Below are positions 44,201 through 59,200 of a stretch of DNA of 64,000 nucleotides, one piece after another. The notes beneath the pieces were generated by a model that did no database searches, was not told the DNA's origin, and saw nothing but the letters and a program-made list of their open reading frames with translations. Within the stretch, counting starts at the first letter, position 1, and each line of letters starts with the position of its first letter. Source of the stretch: Carcharhinus longimanus (taxonomy: Eukaryota). The DNA lies in assembly GCA_030264375.1 (NCBI GenBank), contig JASCQW010000119.1:8796506-8860505 (forward strand), written 5' to 3'. Made by a program: the position numbers and the translations under genes.

Positions 44201-47200
44201 GCAGAACGCAATTTCAGAGAAAAAGTTTTTTTGTTAATGGCACACACTCTGTTGAGATATTTTATATGGGATGCGCATGGGATTGGCGTGATGTTTCATT
44301 CTTTCACTCGACGTGGGCCACGCAATTGACATAATTGTTTTCATTTCTTATTTTACCTCGCTGTGTTAGTTCTTGCATGACCGCAGTCAAACTCTGCTCA
44401 AATACACAAAATATTTTTTAAAAAGTCAAGCCATCCTCTCAATATTTTGTTTTATTGGTGAGCTCTGCTGTTTGAAGCGAACACATGTGCAGCCTGATTT
44501 GTGCACATTGGTTAAGAAGGCATGTGCCAATCTATCATACACTGCTCCATTGTGAATGAATTTTCGTAGGTCGTGTTCTCTGTTGGTTTTCTTCTATTTA
44601 CGAGGGCAGCTGTGGAGCACGGCAACCAAACGTAACATGAATTAATTACATATGTATTGTTTTAAGACAGTGGACATTAACCACTACTGATGTGTGTTAG
44701 CAGTCGCAAGATTGGATGGAAACACCGACAGTTGCTTCTGGGAGTGGCAAGGACGAAGTAAAGTAAAGTTGTGTTTAAAGTATTTTGCATCAAGATGAAG
44801 TCACGTAGCACTGAAATAATCGAGGAGATTAAACAGTCACCAATGCGTTCTGTGTTGGCGAGGTCATTGATGCTGAGTTGAGAATTACTATTAAATAATA
44901 CGGGAGCGGAGTGATCTGGCAGTAAGTGAAGTTTTCAGGATGTCTTTTTTTTTACTTGTTTATGTTCCAGAGTGCTTGAAGCCCCACAATTTCAGATAAG
45001 CGCAATTTCAAGCGAACCAGTACCAACCAGCATCCGTTGAAATTAAAAATGATCCATTACCTAATCTTCAACGTTCCACAGCTGAGAGAAGGGATGGTTT
45101 ATCCTTGAGAAGAACAAAATGAATGGGTATAAACGAGTTTAGGACAATAATAATAAAGTGGGGTGTCTTCATGTGACGATACATCAGGGTGTGCACACGC
45201 AGTAACTGCAAAGTCAAAAAAAAGTGAAGTTGAACGTGTAATCAACCAGTAATTCTCAAATTACTGGTTAATTGCACATACAACGTTACTCATCTTGTTT
45301 TTAAACCACGCTGAACAAAGCGCTCATATCGTCAAATAAACACTGCTCTCTCACAACGAAAGGAAACGTATTTTATTCCAGCATTATGTGACGGTGACTG
45401 GACCTTAAACATTATCGCCCTGTTTCAGTGCGTTTCTTTTGACTACTCTGTCCGAGGATGTGTAACACTGTTGAATGGGTTGTGGTAAACGCAGAAAGTT
45501 ATGGGGAAGCGTTGGGAAGGGGTAATCTGTTCCTTAATAAAAAGCGCAAACTTAATGAAATGTAATAATTCTTATCCGATGTTTGACACCTCTCCTGCAA
45601 ATATTCAGCGATCATTAACAGAACAGTGTGTCATCTTGATTTGTAATACCTACGTGTAAATATATCCCTGTCCTATAATTTATTTGTCAAAATATCGGAT
45701 CTCAGTAAAAACGAAAGGACGAGGAAAATGACAGCATGGCAACAGGCCCTTCGGTCTTCCAAACCTCCGTCTAAAATGTTGCCCGATTTAACTAAAACCC
45801 CCTCCCCTTTCGGGGAACATATTTCTCTATTCCCTCGTATTCGTGCATATGTCCAGAAGCCCCTTAAAAGACACGATCCTATCTGCTTCTACTACTTCTC
45901 CAGGCAGCGACTTCCAGGCACACATCACTCTCTTTGTAAAACAAAACTTGGCATGTACATTTTATTTAAACCTTGAGCTGAGCGTATACGTCTTCCAGCC
46001 TTGCAAAAATCTTGTGACTATCCACTCCGTTCATGCCCCTCATAATTTTGTAAACATTTATCAATTTGCCGCTCAACCTCCGTCGTTCCAGTGAGACGAA
46101 ATCAAGTTTCTCTCATCTCTCTTTACAGCTAAGCCCTCTAAAATCGCACTGGTTTCCGTGACACAACGGAGACTGCAACGATTCGTTTAGAATAGTACAC
46201 TGAATCATTGTTCTTGTCAATTGCGGATGGGCACATAATTCTGGGCTCATCACTGACAAATGTATGCCCTAAATGAGTAAAATTATGCAATACAGATATC
46301 TGTAGAAAATGAATAAGACTGACATTTTTCCTCCAAATTGAGTAACAACAGTGATGATTTCAAAGCAATTCATTACACGAGTCAGCACAGTGCGGACATG
46401 GATTTCCCAGCTGAATCTGTACTTGCAAACGATCCCGTTCATTGTGCCCGACGTTTTGCAAACATTAGAGGTGCAACCTCTGAAATTCCGTCCTTTACAT
46501 TCGATTGCACAAGGAAACCCAATGGTTTAGATATACATTTCGGACGTTACGATTACATTTCTATCAGTGCACACCTAGTTTCAGAACAAGGAGATTGTGA
46601 AACTCACGTCATCTGACATTTATATGCCAGTCATTTCCATAAAACATTGCAATTTTTCCATGCAACAACAACAAAAAAAAAACTCCATCATCGAAGTGAC
46701 AATCGAAGTTAGGTTGACAAACGACATCTTTATTCGAATTAATATCATATCTCATATAAGCTGCGGATCCGAGTTCAACTCTGGAAAGATAACGACAAAA
46801 TAACAATTGTGATGCCTGCTGCATGGATATTTAACCATTCGTGCTGTCTATTTAGAAGCTGTTGGATTTTAGACTAAAAAGCACTGTTATTGCGACTCTC
46901 GCTGGCATTATAAATTCTGGTGATACGATGTTTGCAGTTTTACTTGCCTTCAAAGAATTAACACTTTGCTGCGTATGCTGCAAGCTAGTTTCACAGGGTG
47001 GCACTAACTCTACCTCCAGATGCAGTGATTTCCAGAACGGAGAAGCCAGAGATTCAATTATTCAACAAAAGGACAAATAAACAGCAGAGTTTACAAAGCC
47101 AAAAAAAGTACTTGAGCATTCTTATTTTTCTTTGCTAATTCCCGGGAGGGTGTGTGTTACAGGGAGGTCTGTTTCGGTGCAACAATGCGTTTAGTGGTTA

Positions 47201-50200
47201 AGGCTTATGCAAAATCGGACTTTGTTTTTTTTGTAATTCGTGAAGGTGAAAGCTAATTTTGATTCGGTATGTCATCTTTAATCTTGAATAACAGCTCCCA
47301 GGTGAATCGGCTGAAACACATCTCAAGTAACATATTTTACCCACCCGTTCCAACTTCAATTTTCAAGAATTATTGTTGAGTCTGACATCTTAAACTCTAT
47401 TGTGGTTTCTAACCTGGATTATAACAGTCACACCATTCCAAAGTTGTGACGCATGACACAGTGTGCATTCGGAAACGAGTTCTCCAGAATTGATCTGAAT
47501 TAACTCCACTCCACAAATCTGTTCAATCATTGTCAACGATTATTTTTCTAATTGTTATCTGTGAACATTCAAAATCAAATGATGAATCAACGCTCAACAA
47601 TAATGAAAACCATTCAGAAGAATCGCAGGCACTCAATGAAATAGAAGATACTCTCTGTTGCTGGCTTCAAGATGCAACAATATGAGTGGCTCAATAGTAT
47701 ATTTCCTAAATATCTTGTGCGTTCTGGAGGCTACATCTGCTTATTACTTAGATTATTAGAGATGAGGAAAGCAAGAAGAAATTGAGACACACGATATCTT
47801 TCTCAGCAATATACCTGTCACAAACGCAACTGCCAATCGCTATATTGTTCATTCTGGTCACCACAGGGAAGTTGGGGGTAAGGTACCGTATCTTCAAAAT
47901 GAAAAGAAACAATATTGTGTAAAATGCTACTAGCGCTGATGTGACTTACAAATATTTGGGACAGAAAGAAGGGGAAAAAAATACTGAACATCTCTGTGCC
48001 TTTCTGGCCCATCAGAAGGACGAGAAAGGGACTGAATGTTTAAAATCCAGCAACATACCCGATTCGCAAATTTGCATTGAACCCGCCGTATCTCCAAAGT
48101 TGTAATGATAATTTCAGGAGGGTATTCCACGAGGAGATTGTGACATTTCTTAAAATTGTTTATGAAACAGTTCCGGGCTTGACACAAGGTTTCTTGATTT
48201 CCAATCAGCAGACAAACTGCATAGATGTAAACAATATATCATTGAGTGCATTAAATGTACTGCAAGCCTACTCTATTCGTAAGTGAAAGCTTGAGCACAT
48301 CCAATCATCGAAGGGAAGAGCAAAATGAATAAATTCACCATCTTCAATGACGAAAAAAACAACAACCAGTCAGTGCAGAAAATAACATCCCGAAACATGG
48401 CAACGTTATACATGCAAAAAATCCCAGTAAATTAAGAAAATTAAGTACATTTTCATCACCCCATGCCCTCGTGAAACATCACACATGAAACGTTTCATCC
48501 AACTAAGTACACTAATAATGAAACCGATAACAACTAAACTTAATGGATACAACAAAGACCAAATTCTTTGACAATGTTCCACGGATAGTACTGACAACAT
48601 GAGTGCTGGAATAAGCTCTGGTTCTATCCAAGATTTAGCAGCGCTATTACAACACCGACGTCAGAAACAGGTCATGCAAAGCTGTCTCATATCTCATATA
48701 CACCAACAACTGAGTAGAGCCATTCCTCAAAACGTTTCCTCCTTTAGTTCAGTTTGTTCAACTCTGTGTTATAGGGTAAACTGAGGTGCTGTGAAGCACA
48801 ATGGGCACAACAGTTCTTTTCATTTTACTGGGCATCAGTTTAGTATTTGGAAACGCCGCACAACAGTTGCCCTTCTGTTAACACGCTGCAAATATCGCCA
48901 TAAATGGTTTAGTCCTGAGGAAAAGTTGTCATGACAGAACTTGATATCAATTGGTAACTTGAAGGAAAGCACCATCATACAACACAAGGAGTATTAAAGT
49001 CAGTAGCAACGATAAATGAACAGATGATGAATCGAATGCAATGCTATAAAAATGACAATGGCATTTCAAGGTGCTCAATGATCTCAGCTCACACTATGTG
49101 TTACAGCAGTGCATTTGGGCAGTGTCTTTGTCCATCCATCTCCATTTGCTTCAACAATGATGTTCCCTTCGTACGGTTTGTTTTTTCCGCACTGCAGAAA
49201 AGATTCCTGATTTTACCATATGGTCAGTAATACACCCTTATTTATAACAACAGAAAAATATTTCTGATCTCATTGCAGAAAAACTAAAGAGAGGTAGGTG
49301 ATCACATGCACTTTGAAATCAATATGTAAATTTAAAAAAGTGCTGGTTTGCGAAACAAACAACATATTGACATCTATATATTCCTACTTGAATCCATTCT
49401 CAAAGTTCCAAGTTTGGCCTCAGATCTGGTATAGAAGTAATGTGCCCGTGTGTATACTCTCGACAACATGCATTTCTCTGCATGATCTGACTGCTTGAAT
49501 GGCAACAATCACTTTGTCCCACCATTGGTGTCCCTTTTTTTTGTTACAGATGATAACGTTACAGGACACTCCAACTGCCCTTGTTAATTCCAATTATTCG
49601 AAGTTCAGAGGGCACCTTATTTCATAGCCCATCACAAGTAAATAGGAAATGTTATCTTCAGTCAAGGGCATTATACAACAGTGGATATTATAAATTAAAT
49701 CAAATTGAAATGACATTCAAAAAATATGCCAATCTACTCACCGGGCATGCCATCTCATGATGCGGTATTACAGTTTGCAAAAGCAATGCAATCATTTGCT
49801 CCACTGTCCTGCTGCTTCTGGAATTGGTAGCGTTCTATTGTATTTTAGAATCATTCATATGACATTAATTTACAAGCCTAATGCTACAATTTCCAACGCC
49901 CAAGGGATATTGTTCAATGCTTCCTATTCAGGTTGTTGTACGTTTTGATAATAAGCTGTTTTCTTCCACTTAGAAATGCTGGTGACCAGTACCGCACACA
50001 GTATTACTCAGAACGACGTAACTTCTGACCAGAAATGAAACGAATGTTGCACGAAAGGGAAACACAGTGACATTAAGCTGAAATGCGATTAATTACATTT
50101 CGTATTTTTTTCTATACCATTGCAGATCTCACATATTGCTTGGAAGATGTTAAAAAATTAGGTGGGAAGAACATTTCCGTACCTGTGTCAATTACTTCAA

Positions 50201-53200
50201 TCTAATGGCCCAATATGTGGCAACGTAAAACTAAGTGCTAATGGGCATTTCAAAACTTGAGATCAAATTTCGCTTACCATTCGTCGATGGTACGTTGTTT
50301 CCGGAGCGAATTTAACTGTGCAGAACTATTATCTCTTTGTGTTGCGAAGGGTGCAACTGCTCAAAATATAAATTTGTTGGCAGGATTAATGTAACAGTTC
50401 TTATCAATCCAATATCAAAACTAATTACTTTTTTGCCAAGTTGCACTGAGTTCGAATTACATGAAATGAAACAAAATAATTAAAGTTCATTAACCATAAT
50501 CTGCAGAACGGGCAAAATTCATCAGTCGTCCTTGCAGGCTGTTCCCAAGACTCGATTCTTCGCGCTGCAATGGAATTGAATAGCGGGCCAAATGTCGATC
50601 TGGACTACTTAAGAAAAAAAAAATGCCTAATGTGAACAGAGATGAGATAGAATTTTGGAATTCTAACGAATGCAGCACATTTTGTACAGATTTTGTACAG
50701 ATTGTACAGGTAAATCATGTCCCTATTTGGTCCGAGGGATATCTCATCTGGTCCCTTTGCTCATCACTTTTTTTACTTCTTCTTCAGATACTTATATGCC
50801 ATTTCGTAAAGCTGTTAACCTCCATTGCTTTGGGAGGCAATGCACTCCAGATCCTAATGTGATGACTTAAGTTTTTCTTTCACATGTTCTTACTCATTAA
50901 TTCAGTTGAACACTTCAAAAACGTGTTCTTTCGATTTTTTTTTCGCAATGAAACACTCTACACGGTACTGACACTTTGAACACCTACCTCGTATCTTTCA
51001 TCTCCTTGTTGGAGACGTGGGCCTTGTACTAATATCGCCTGATGTGCAAAGTAGAAGACCCATGAGCGAGCCCAGATTGAACGACGTGCCTTTCGGGCGG
51101 GCAAGAAGAACTCGTGCATATCATCCTTTCTGAGCGTATTCTTTGCTACTGATGCTCGACGTCAACACATGGTCCATTTCACAACAAGTGTTTTTTTTTA
51201 ATGCATTTCTTGCACATACTTTGATGTATTCTATGTTATGTACAGCACATTTCAGTTCACTTTTGTTTGTTAAATATTTTGACTTCCAAACAGAAGACAA
51301 ACTAAAGGATAAAAAGAGAGGTAGCGTTTTTTTTTGCCTATTCAATGCAAATTGAGCACGTGATCGTTGTTTGCGTATTTGCCAAAGAATGCACTTGTTG
51401 CAGTATCTTTCAAAACATAGGGCAAAACTTTCAAAAGTTTTGGCCGAAAATAAAGTTGTTGTTAGCAGGTAGTATGACAAATTAGGTTCCCCTTAACATT
51501 ATACTGAAGAAAAGAAATGTTCTGCATGGAAAAAAAAACAAACGATCAAAGTGGCATATGCATTATCAAATTTTAAACAGCGGCGAATGGTTTGGTGAGA
51601 ATGCAGTCTTAAATGCCGCAAAGGTTACGTCAAATGGAGTGAGACATTGATAAAAAATGAAATATATTCCGGACAGTGGAAATGATGTTGAGCATTGCAC
51701 GCATTCCAAGCCAACGTTAAGAGTTGCATTCGTGTTTAAGATGTGCCTGATCAAATGCATATTCTGCAAAAGACGAACTTGGGATTTTGGCTTGCAACTG
51801 ACAGACCTTTTTTTGTTCATTTCTAAAACAACCAATACCTTCTGCAACACGCAATTGTTTTTGAAAATAAGTATAATTCCAGTAGTCACAAGGAAGTAAT
51901 GGTTATCAGTTCAAGTTATCTCATTTGCAATTACCTTGCGGCCTACTCACCATAGCTCCGGCTACCGTTGGATAATATGTAATAGAATCGGGAACAGTGA
52001 GAAAAATACTTTCCAACTTCCTCGACATGTGTTGGTTCAGGAGGGGGCGATTTCGATGTCAATTCAGACGGCTTTATTTGCGCATAATCGAGGGCTCAAA
52101 TATAAACGTGCCCAGTAAAACATTGCTCCGTTATACACCCAGTCCAGCCACCCATGTCAGTACTGTCTCTCATGTACAAAGTCCCATAAACATTCCCTTT
52201 AAGTATCCTTGCCCAACATGTTCTCAAACGACAACATTAACAAACGGAAGAACAAACGTTGGGGGCACACGGAAACTACCACCAACGATTTAATCTAATA
52301 ATCAGATTTCGTCATGGTTTTGAAATGCTTCACATTGCGTGCCAGAGTTAGGAAGTCATGTTGCAGCTGTATAACAACTTGGTGAAGCCATATTTTGCGT
52401 ATTGTATGCAGTTCTGCCCGCCATGATACCAGAATGGCATGCAACATTTGGTAACAGTGTGGACAGATTTTTCTTTTCAATGGGTGGAATTGTCAATTAG
52501 AAGGATGCACAGTTTCAGCGTGAGAGTTCAACTATTAAGGGAAATGTGCGGGGGACTTCGTTTTTTTTTACGGAGAGCGCGGTGGGTGCCCAGAACGTTT
52601 TGTCAAATGAGGTTTTGAATGACAGCATTTTGTCACATTTAAGTGACATCTAGATGACTGCATGGATAGGGACAGAATAGAGTGTTACATGTCGAGTACG
52701 GAAAGAGATGTTTTTTTTTCAGGTTTAGTACGAGCATCATGATTGGCTCGTGCTTGGAGGGCCCAGGGCCTGCCTGTCTGTGTTTTACTTGTTCTTCTTT
52801 CCTTGCTCATGTCGTAAATGTTCCAACTGTAGCTCATCGTAAAATCAGTTACATTGTTATGCCAAAGCAGATCAGTAACAGTGGTTGGAATATAATGCAT
52901 ATGACAATTGTGACTGGACAATAATTTCTGATGTTGTCTGCACTTGAACATCACGTGGGCAATTCAGTATTTGATGTTTACAATCATAAAAGTCATGCAA
53001 ATTACACAAAAACGTACCAGTTGGATCCAACGGTTATTTTCCATGTTCGAATTAAATTCGAATTTAAGTTTGAAACACGAATTGAAATGGTCTGCTGATT
53101 GTCATTTTGTTGTATTCATTACCTTGATCTATGCACTGGTAGAACTGTATTCATAATCGCTCATGATTCTTTCAATTGTCTCTCTATAACTTAGTTTAAA

Positions 53201-56200
53201 CCCAGACAAATTAAAAGTTTAAATCAGTAATGAAATGCAGCTGACCAACACTTCTGAAGTAAGGGTTTAGGACCCAATCTTAACAGAAGTCCACTAATTG
53301 TGTTAGTTAACACATTGAATTGAATTCCAGATATATGTATATTACAAACAAATGAATATTTTACATCAAGTAGATCGGCAACTTACGAAACATTATTATT
53401 GAAAACATATACATGGTTGCACAAAAGTTAATCGATTTGAACTTCTTGATGTGTGCAAATATGAAAACGCCAGAAGTGCAATTTTTCAGCCTAACTGTGC
53501 AATTGCAGACAAATTTCCGGAGGAATGAAGTTATAACACAGGGGAATGATTTGTGCATCAGTGTGTTTCTGAACTGTAAAATACATTTTGTCAAGAGATA
53601 AGGTAATAGAATGAGTTCTATGAAGTATACAAGATTAGATTAATTCTTTGATTTAATTAAACAGAACTGTTGCCAGTTTCTAGGAAGCAATAGGGTCACA
53701 TCCGATGGACGTTGCTGAACAAACATTCTGTAACTTCTCAACTGTTTCCGCTAGTAAATCTGAGGCAAATTTGCTATATATGAGGTTGCAAAACGCAACT
53801 TTCAGGACGCATGTGCATTCTTCAGCTCAATGCCTCAGCCAATCAGATATAGCCAGGCTGGGGCAAATTTAATTAAACACGAGCAATCAAAGTTATTTTA
53901 GACCACCGCCCTAGACACATCCTCATAGAACTCCAGTAAATTTGTCAGACACGACTTCCCTTTAACGAAACCATGCTGCNNNNNNNNNNNNNNNNNNNNN
54001 NNNNNNNNNNNNNNNNNNNNNNNNNNNNNNNNNNNNNNNNNNNNNNNNNNNNNNNNNNNNNNNNNNNNNNNNNNNNNNNCATGATCTTATTGAATGGCGA
54101 GGCAGGCTCGAAGGGCTAGATGGCCTACTCCTGCTCCTATTTCTTATGTTCTTATGCTCTTATTTCCGCTGGCAGTTCATTCGCCTGCGAATCAATTTGC
54201 AGTGTCTTCTCATTTGGCCCAACTTTTAAATTAACTTTCAAAGTCAAATGTTAATTTACTTTCCTGGTATTGCAGAAATGATTGCAAAACATGTTTCATT
54301 TAAACATTTCAAATTTCATTTGTAACATTGCTGCGAAATATATCCAGTACTGCGCTGAGGAAAACGTTCTGTCGTTAATGGAAATGGATAGCACAAGCTC
54401 ATCCCAAGAAAAGCGAGCGCAATAAAAATGTAAGGAAAATGATTTGATGTTGTTGCATAATTAAATTGTGTGACCATATATGACGAGGTATAAATGGATT
54501 GCAAGCCCGGGTGTCGATCTTTTCTTTTACTGTGTGATAATTCAGTTAAATTTGGGGCATTCATTTCGAGAGACCGACATTTTCAAAATGACACTAACAT
54601 ACGTTCAATGATTTTGAATTTTTACAGAACTGTTTGATTGCCAAGAATCATTAAAGCAACTAGGTGCGCCTTGTGTCATATTTACGTTTGTAATATGTTA
54701 TTTCCAGAAAGGCAGAAACAGCAATTTTTCATCACACAATAAAATTACCAAAAATGTTTTTGTGTTTGCGTGGCACAATATGTTGAAAATCCATGTTGAC
54801 TATCGAAAAACAAATAACTGCCAGCAGCTCTATTTCGTATTTGTCAGTTGTCCACGAGCTGAAACATAATCAAGGCCAATATACGTTTTCCAACAATGCC
54901 AGTCTAGTGAAAAATGGCAAAAGTAGTTGGCCGAGTACACTTCCCGAAATGTACTCCATGCAATTATAAACGTACTGTGGAAATGCGTCATGAGAAATGC
55001 CTGGAAATTGTTCTGTTGTTAAAACAGTGCATGACGCATTCAGTTGCATATGTTCCCAAGAGCTCTTAGCCTCTGTCACGATTGGCGCAAAGATCAAATT
55101 GGACCTTGTACTTTTTGAGTCAAATCCCCAAGAACAAACCAATTATGAAATAATGAACCTATTGTGAAGGAAAACCGGAGCTCAATCAACGTGGAAGATA
55201 TGCAGGACGCAGTGAGACTCTGGTCGGGAAAGGTGTGCGATGGAGTGGGGTGGGGTAGGTTAAGATAATGTTTCCTAAGGAAGAATCCCAGGTTCATATT
55301 TTGGGTAGTAATATATGGAAATCACGCTGATGCCGCCCGTGGAAATTAAGTACAATTATCCGCCAAATAAATGGAAAATCAGATTCGCCACAATAGGAGT
55401 GACAATGGAAATTTTAGACCTTGCCCTTGCATCCTGTCTAGCTCCAAAATGTCACAGCGGTAAATAACTCAGACACATTTGCTTTGTTTAGACTTCATTT
55501 AATTCCCTTAACAAAACAATCTTCGCTGTTCTATGAAATGATCTAGCAAAGCATTCACTGAATGTACAATTACAGGTGTGGAAATGATGGCCTCGCTCAT
55601 GACGCCCAGAACACCAGACAGAGCAAAAATAACTGCAATACACATGTTTTTTGTAATGTGCATCAGGAAGTTTATTTGCAATTCAGAAATACAAGTTATT
55701 GCCTTCAGTTGCAAACTAGTTTAAAGCCATGAACTGCCCCGAAGCTGTGAGCAGGGTTAAACGGCAACTGCAATTGATTTGAGATGACAAAATGTCATTT
55801 TGCTCACTTGAACGTAACAGAAGGCTTAAATGTAATGTGACAGACAAGAACATAAAAGCTGAACAAGTATTGCGTTATGCTGAACATTCAGGATTATATT
55901 TCAGCGTAATTTTAAAGTAATTTATTTTGCAAAGTCGCCCAGTGAGAATAGTTTGTGCAACGCTGACAAGGACATCTGAGTCTAGAATTATTGAACAGTA
56001 CATTCGAGCAAGCCGGGGTTGGGGCGGTGCGGGGTTGGAGATCCGTTGTCCCTGGGTTAATGTCTCGACAGTGTAGCCCATTTATCTTCACACACAATGT
56101 CCGTTTAGTTGTTACAATGAAATGCATTCCAACGCGTTTAGTCTTTATGGAATGCCATTTTGAAACTGGCGAATGCCCTCCATATGTGTGGCGGTTTACA

Positions 56201-59200
56201 TCGGAGCATTTTTCATCCCAAGAAACGTTTAATGACCGCTCTGCTTAATTAAGTAATCTTTTGCTTCATGTTCTTAATGTCCAACGGCCCGGCGTGTGCA
56301 GTTAATGTTTTCCATAACCAAGCAATTCAATATGGCAGTTCTTTTTTTAACATTAACAAACATTATGATCCATTGCCGGATCTAGCAAACCGATACACTG
56401 ACGGCTCCCCCCCCCCTCCCCCCCACACACACACACAAATCAGACAGACTTTCCTCAAAAATTCAACGCGCAGTTTGATTTCCGCTGTTGTACCGTTGAT
56501 ATGAGCTTAAGAATAAGAACATAATCGTTGTGGACTAAAAACAAAACAAAATATGAAACATCAGATTAACTAGATAGTTCTTGCTGATAGTCTGCATTGA
56601 CATAATGTGTGGCAGATGATCATATAATTTGTATGTTACCACTATCTTATATTTTTGATTGCAGCTATTTGAAGGAGAATTGCATTTTTATCCACAGATC
56701 AAAATTATGATAAAATGTTCAACATTCATTTGGATGGAAAGTCCTCTCAAGAAAAAAACATGTTTTTTTAACGTCGATATTACTCATAATATTTGCTGTA
56801 GCTTTTGAATACATCGAGCTTACGGATGTTTCGGAGGTGAATGGTTGTGTCATTTTTCTCTTCAAGATATTATATCGCTTTTCAACCTATGGAACACAGT
56901 TGAAATTCTAAATAAATATCTGGATCACAAAAAAGGCCGATGAGCCTCAAAAGCAACACAGCACAGATAGATCCAAGATTTGAGTGTAGGGACCATCTTA
57001 ATTACAAAACTGCGCACATTGATACATCTTTCTAAATATTTGAATGCATATTTCGTTTGCGCCGAATTGTCTTTTAGCCTGACTTCTCATACCACACATC
57101 ATTAGTTTAATTATTTTTTTTTCTTAATAGAATATCAACTAGGTGGAAAGGAAAAAGGTACTGGCTTTCATTATTCGCTGCTTAAAAGACATAAATATAT
57201 GACACTCCTCATTTATGGATTTTAATTGTCATGCAATTTCCTCCTCGACGGCAAAATAACAATTCTGCTAAGTTTCTAATCATGTAGACCTTTTATTTCT
57301 CCGATACTGGGAACAATTTGGATTTTAATGTAATGGCCATGAAATCACTTGAGCTAGCCTTTTTGGAGGGAAACCTGAAAATAGGAAAGCGACCGTTTCA
57401 AGAATTTAATTATTCCGAAATCTGCTGGAATGTCAGTAAAATATCAAAACAAAAAAAAAAACAATCTGCTTTACTCATTTGCAGTTGGAAAAAAAAAACA
57501 ACGTTTATCATTTGCTTAATCTCTGTGTCACTCCAAACAGGCCGAACATTTTAGCTATTAGTTGTGTCGCATTTGATCATTCTGAAGTTTCCACCAGCTT
57601 TCTGCAGACAATAATGTGTTGACAAATGATCTTCCGATTTATTTTGATCAAGATATTCGTTGGTTTGAAAAGCAATACCGCCTTCATGAAAAATTTGGTA
57701 CACAATTTTCAGTGTGATACAATAACAATTAAAGACAGAAAATGTCGCATTCGGCAGTGGACAAACAAAACACATCACATTCTGCAAATTTTATGACATT
57801 TATGCAGGTACTCCATTGAGCAGGGATCCCCTNNNNNNNNNNTGTTTTTTACTTTCTGTTACTATATTGTTTGAACTGCCAGTGTTGATTCGACGGGATT
57901 AACAACTGCAATCAGAGAACGGCCCATTACATGACCTAGTTGGACGCATATGGATCCAAAAATGGACATTTCAAATCGCTTTCACTTTAATTTTGAATAA
58001 CCAGCTTTGATAAAATCCAAATCCGTAACCGTTTCCGGAAGACTTGATTTTGAAATTGCCATTGTAACAGGTGTTTTTTTTTCCCACAATGTTTTGAATG
58101 AATGACGTGAACGGTCCGTCCATGCATTAAAAACAGTGGCATTCAATCTACCTCAGTAGCTAAGTTGTGTGATCGTTGAGAGAGACGTAGCGAGTCAGAC
58201 AGAACTATCAAGTGGCTTACTTGGACAAAATACGGCTCACTGCAGCTGTGTTTGTTCTGTCAAGTCTAAATGTAATGATGAATGCATACAAAATAGTTGA
58301 ATTCCTAAATTGTGTTGACTTTATTTCCTGTCCTTGAAAGACGATGATGAGACGATGGTCTAGTGGCATTAACATTCAACGACTAATCCAGACAATGTCT
58401 GGGAACCGGGGTTCAAATCCAGCCATGGCAGATGGTGGAATTTGAATTTTAAAAAATCTGTAAACCTGGGTCAACAATGTCATTTAGGGAAGGAAATCGT
58501 TTGTCCTTACCTGGGTTGGCCTACGTGTGACTCTAGAGCCACCGCAATTTGTTGATACTTAACTGCCATTTGAAGTGACTGACCAAGTCACTGGGTTGGA
58601 ACAATCGGTAGAAAAAAAAACAACAAAGAAATAAAACTGGACCCCCACCACCTGTTATCAATCTAGGCAGCAGAAAAGACAAGAGCAAAACAGACAGGCC
58701 TGTCGACCCTGCAAAGTCATCCTTGCTAGCATATTGGCGCCAGTGCCAAAATTGGGAGAGCTGCCTCAGAGTTTAATCAAGCAACAGCTTGACGTGACCA
58801 TTCTCACGGGATCATACCTTGCAGAAAACAGTCCAGACACCAGCATTGCCATCCCTGGATATGTTCCACTCCATGTCACGATAGGCCCAGCAGAACTGGA
58901 GGAATGGTGATATACAATCAGTCGTGAGTGTCCCTTGGGGTCCTTAACATTGACAGCGGACCCCATTAAGTCTCGTGGTTTCAGTTTGCACACGAACAAG
59001 GAAACCCCTTCATAGTTACCACATGCCTCCATACTTCGGGTGCATAAATACGTGTCCCCCTATGTTGAATAACACTCGGAGGAAGCATTAAGCTTGGCAC
59101 GGGTGTAAAAATCACAATGGATGAGGCATTCCAATGTCCACCACAAAGCGTGGCTCGGCAGCTGGTCGGGGCTTGGAGGATATAAATGAGAAAGTGGGCC

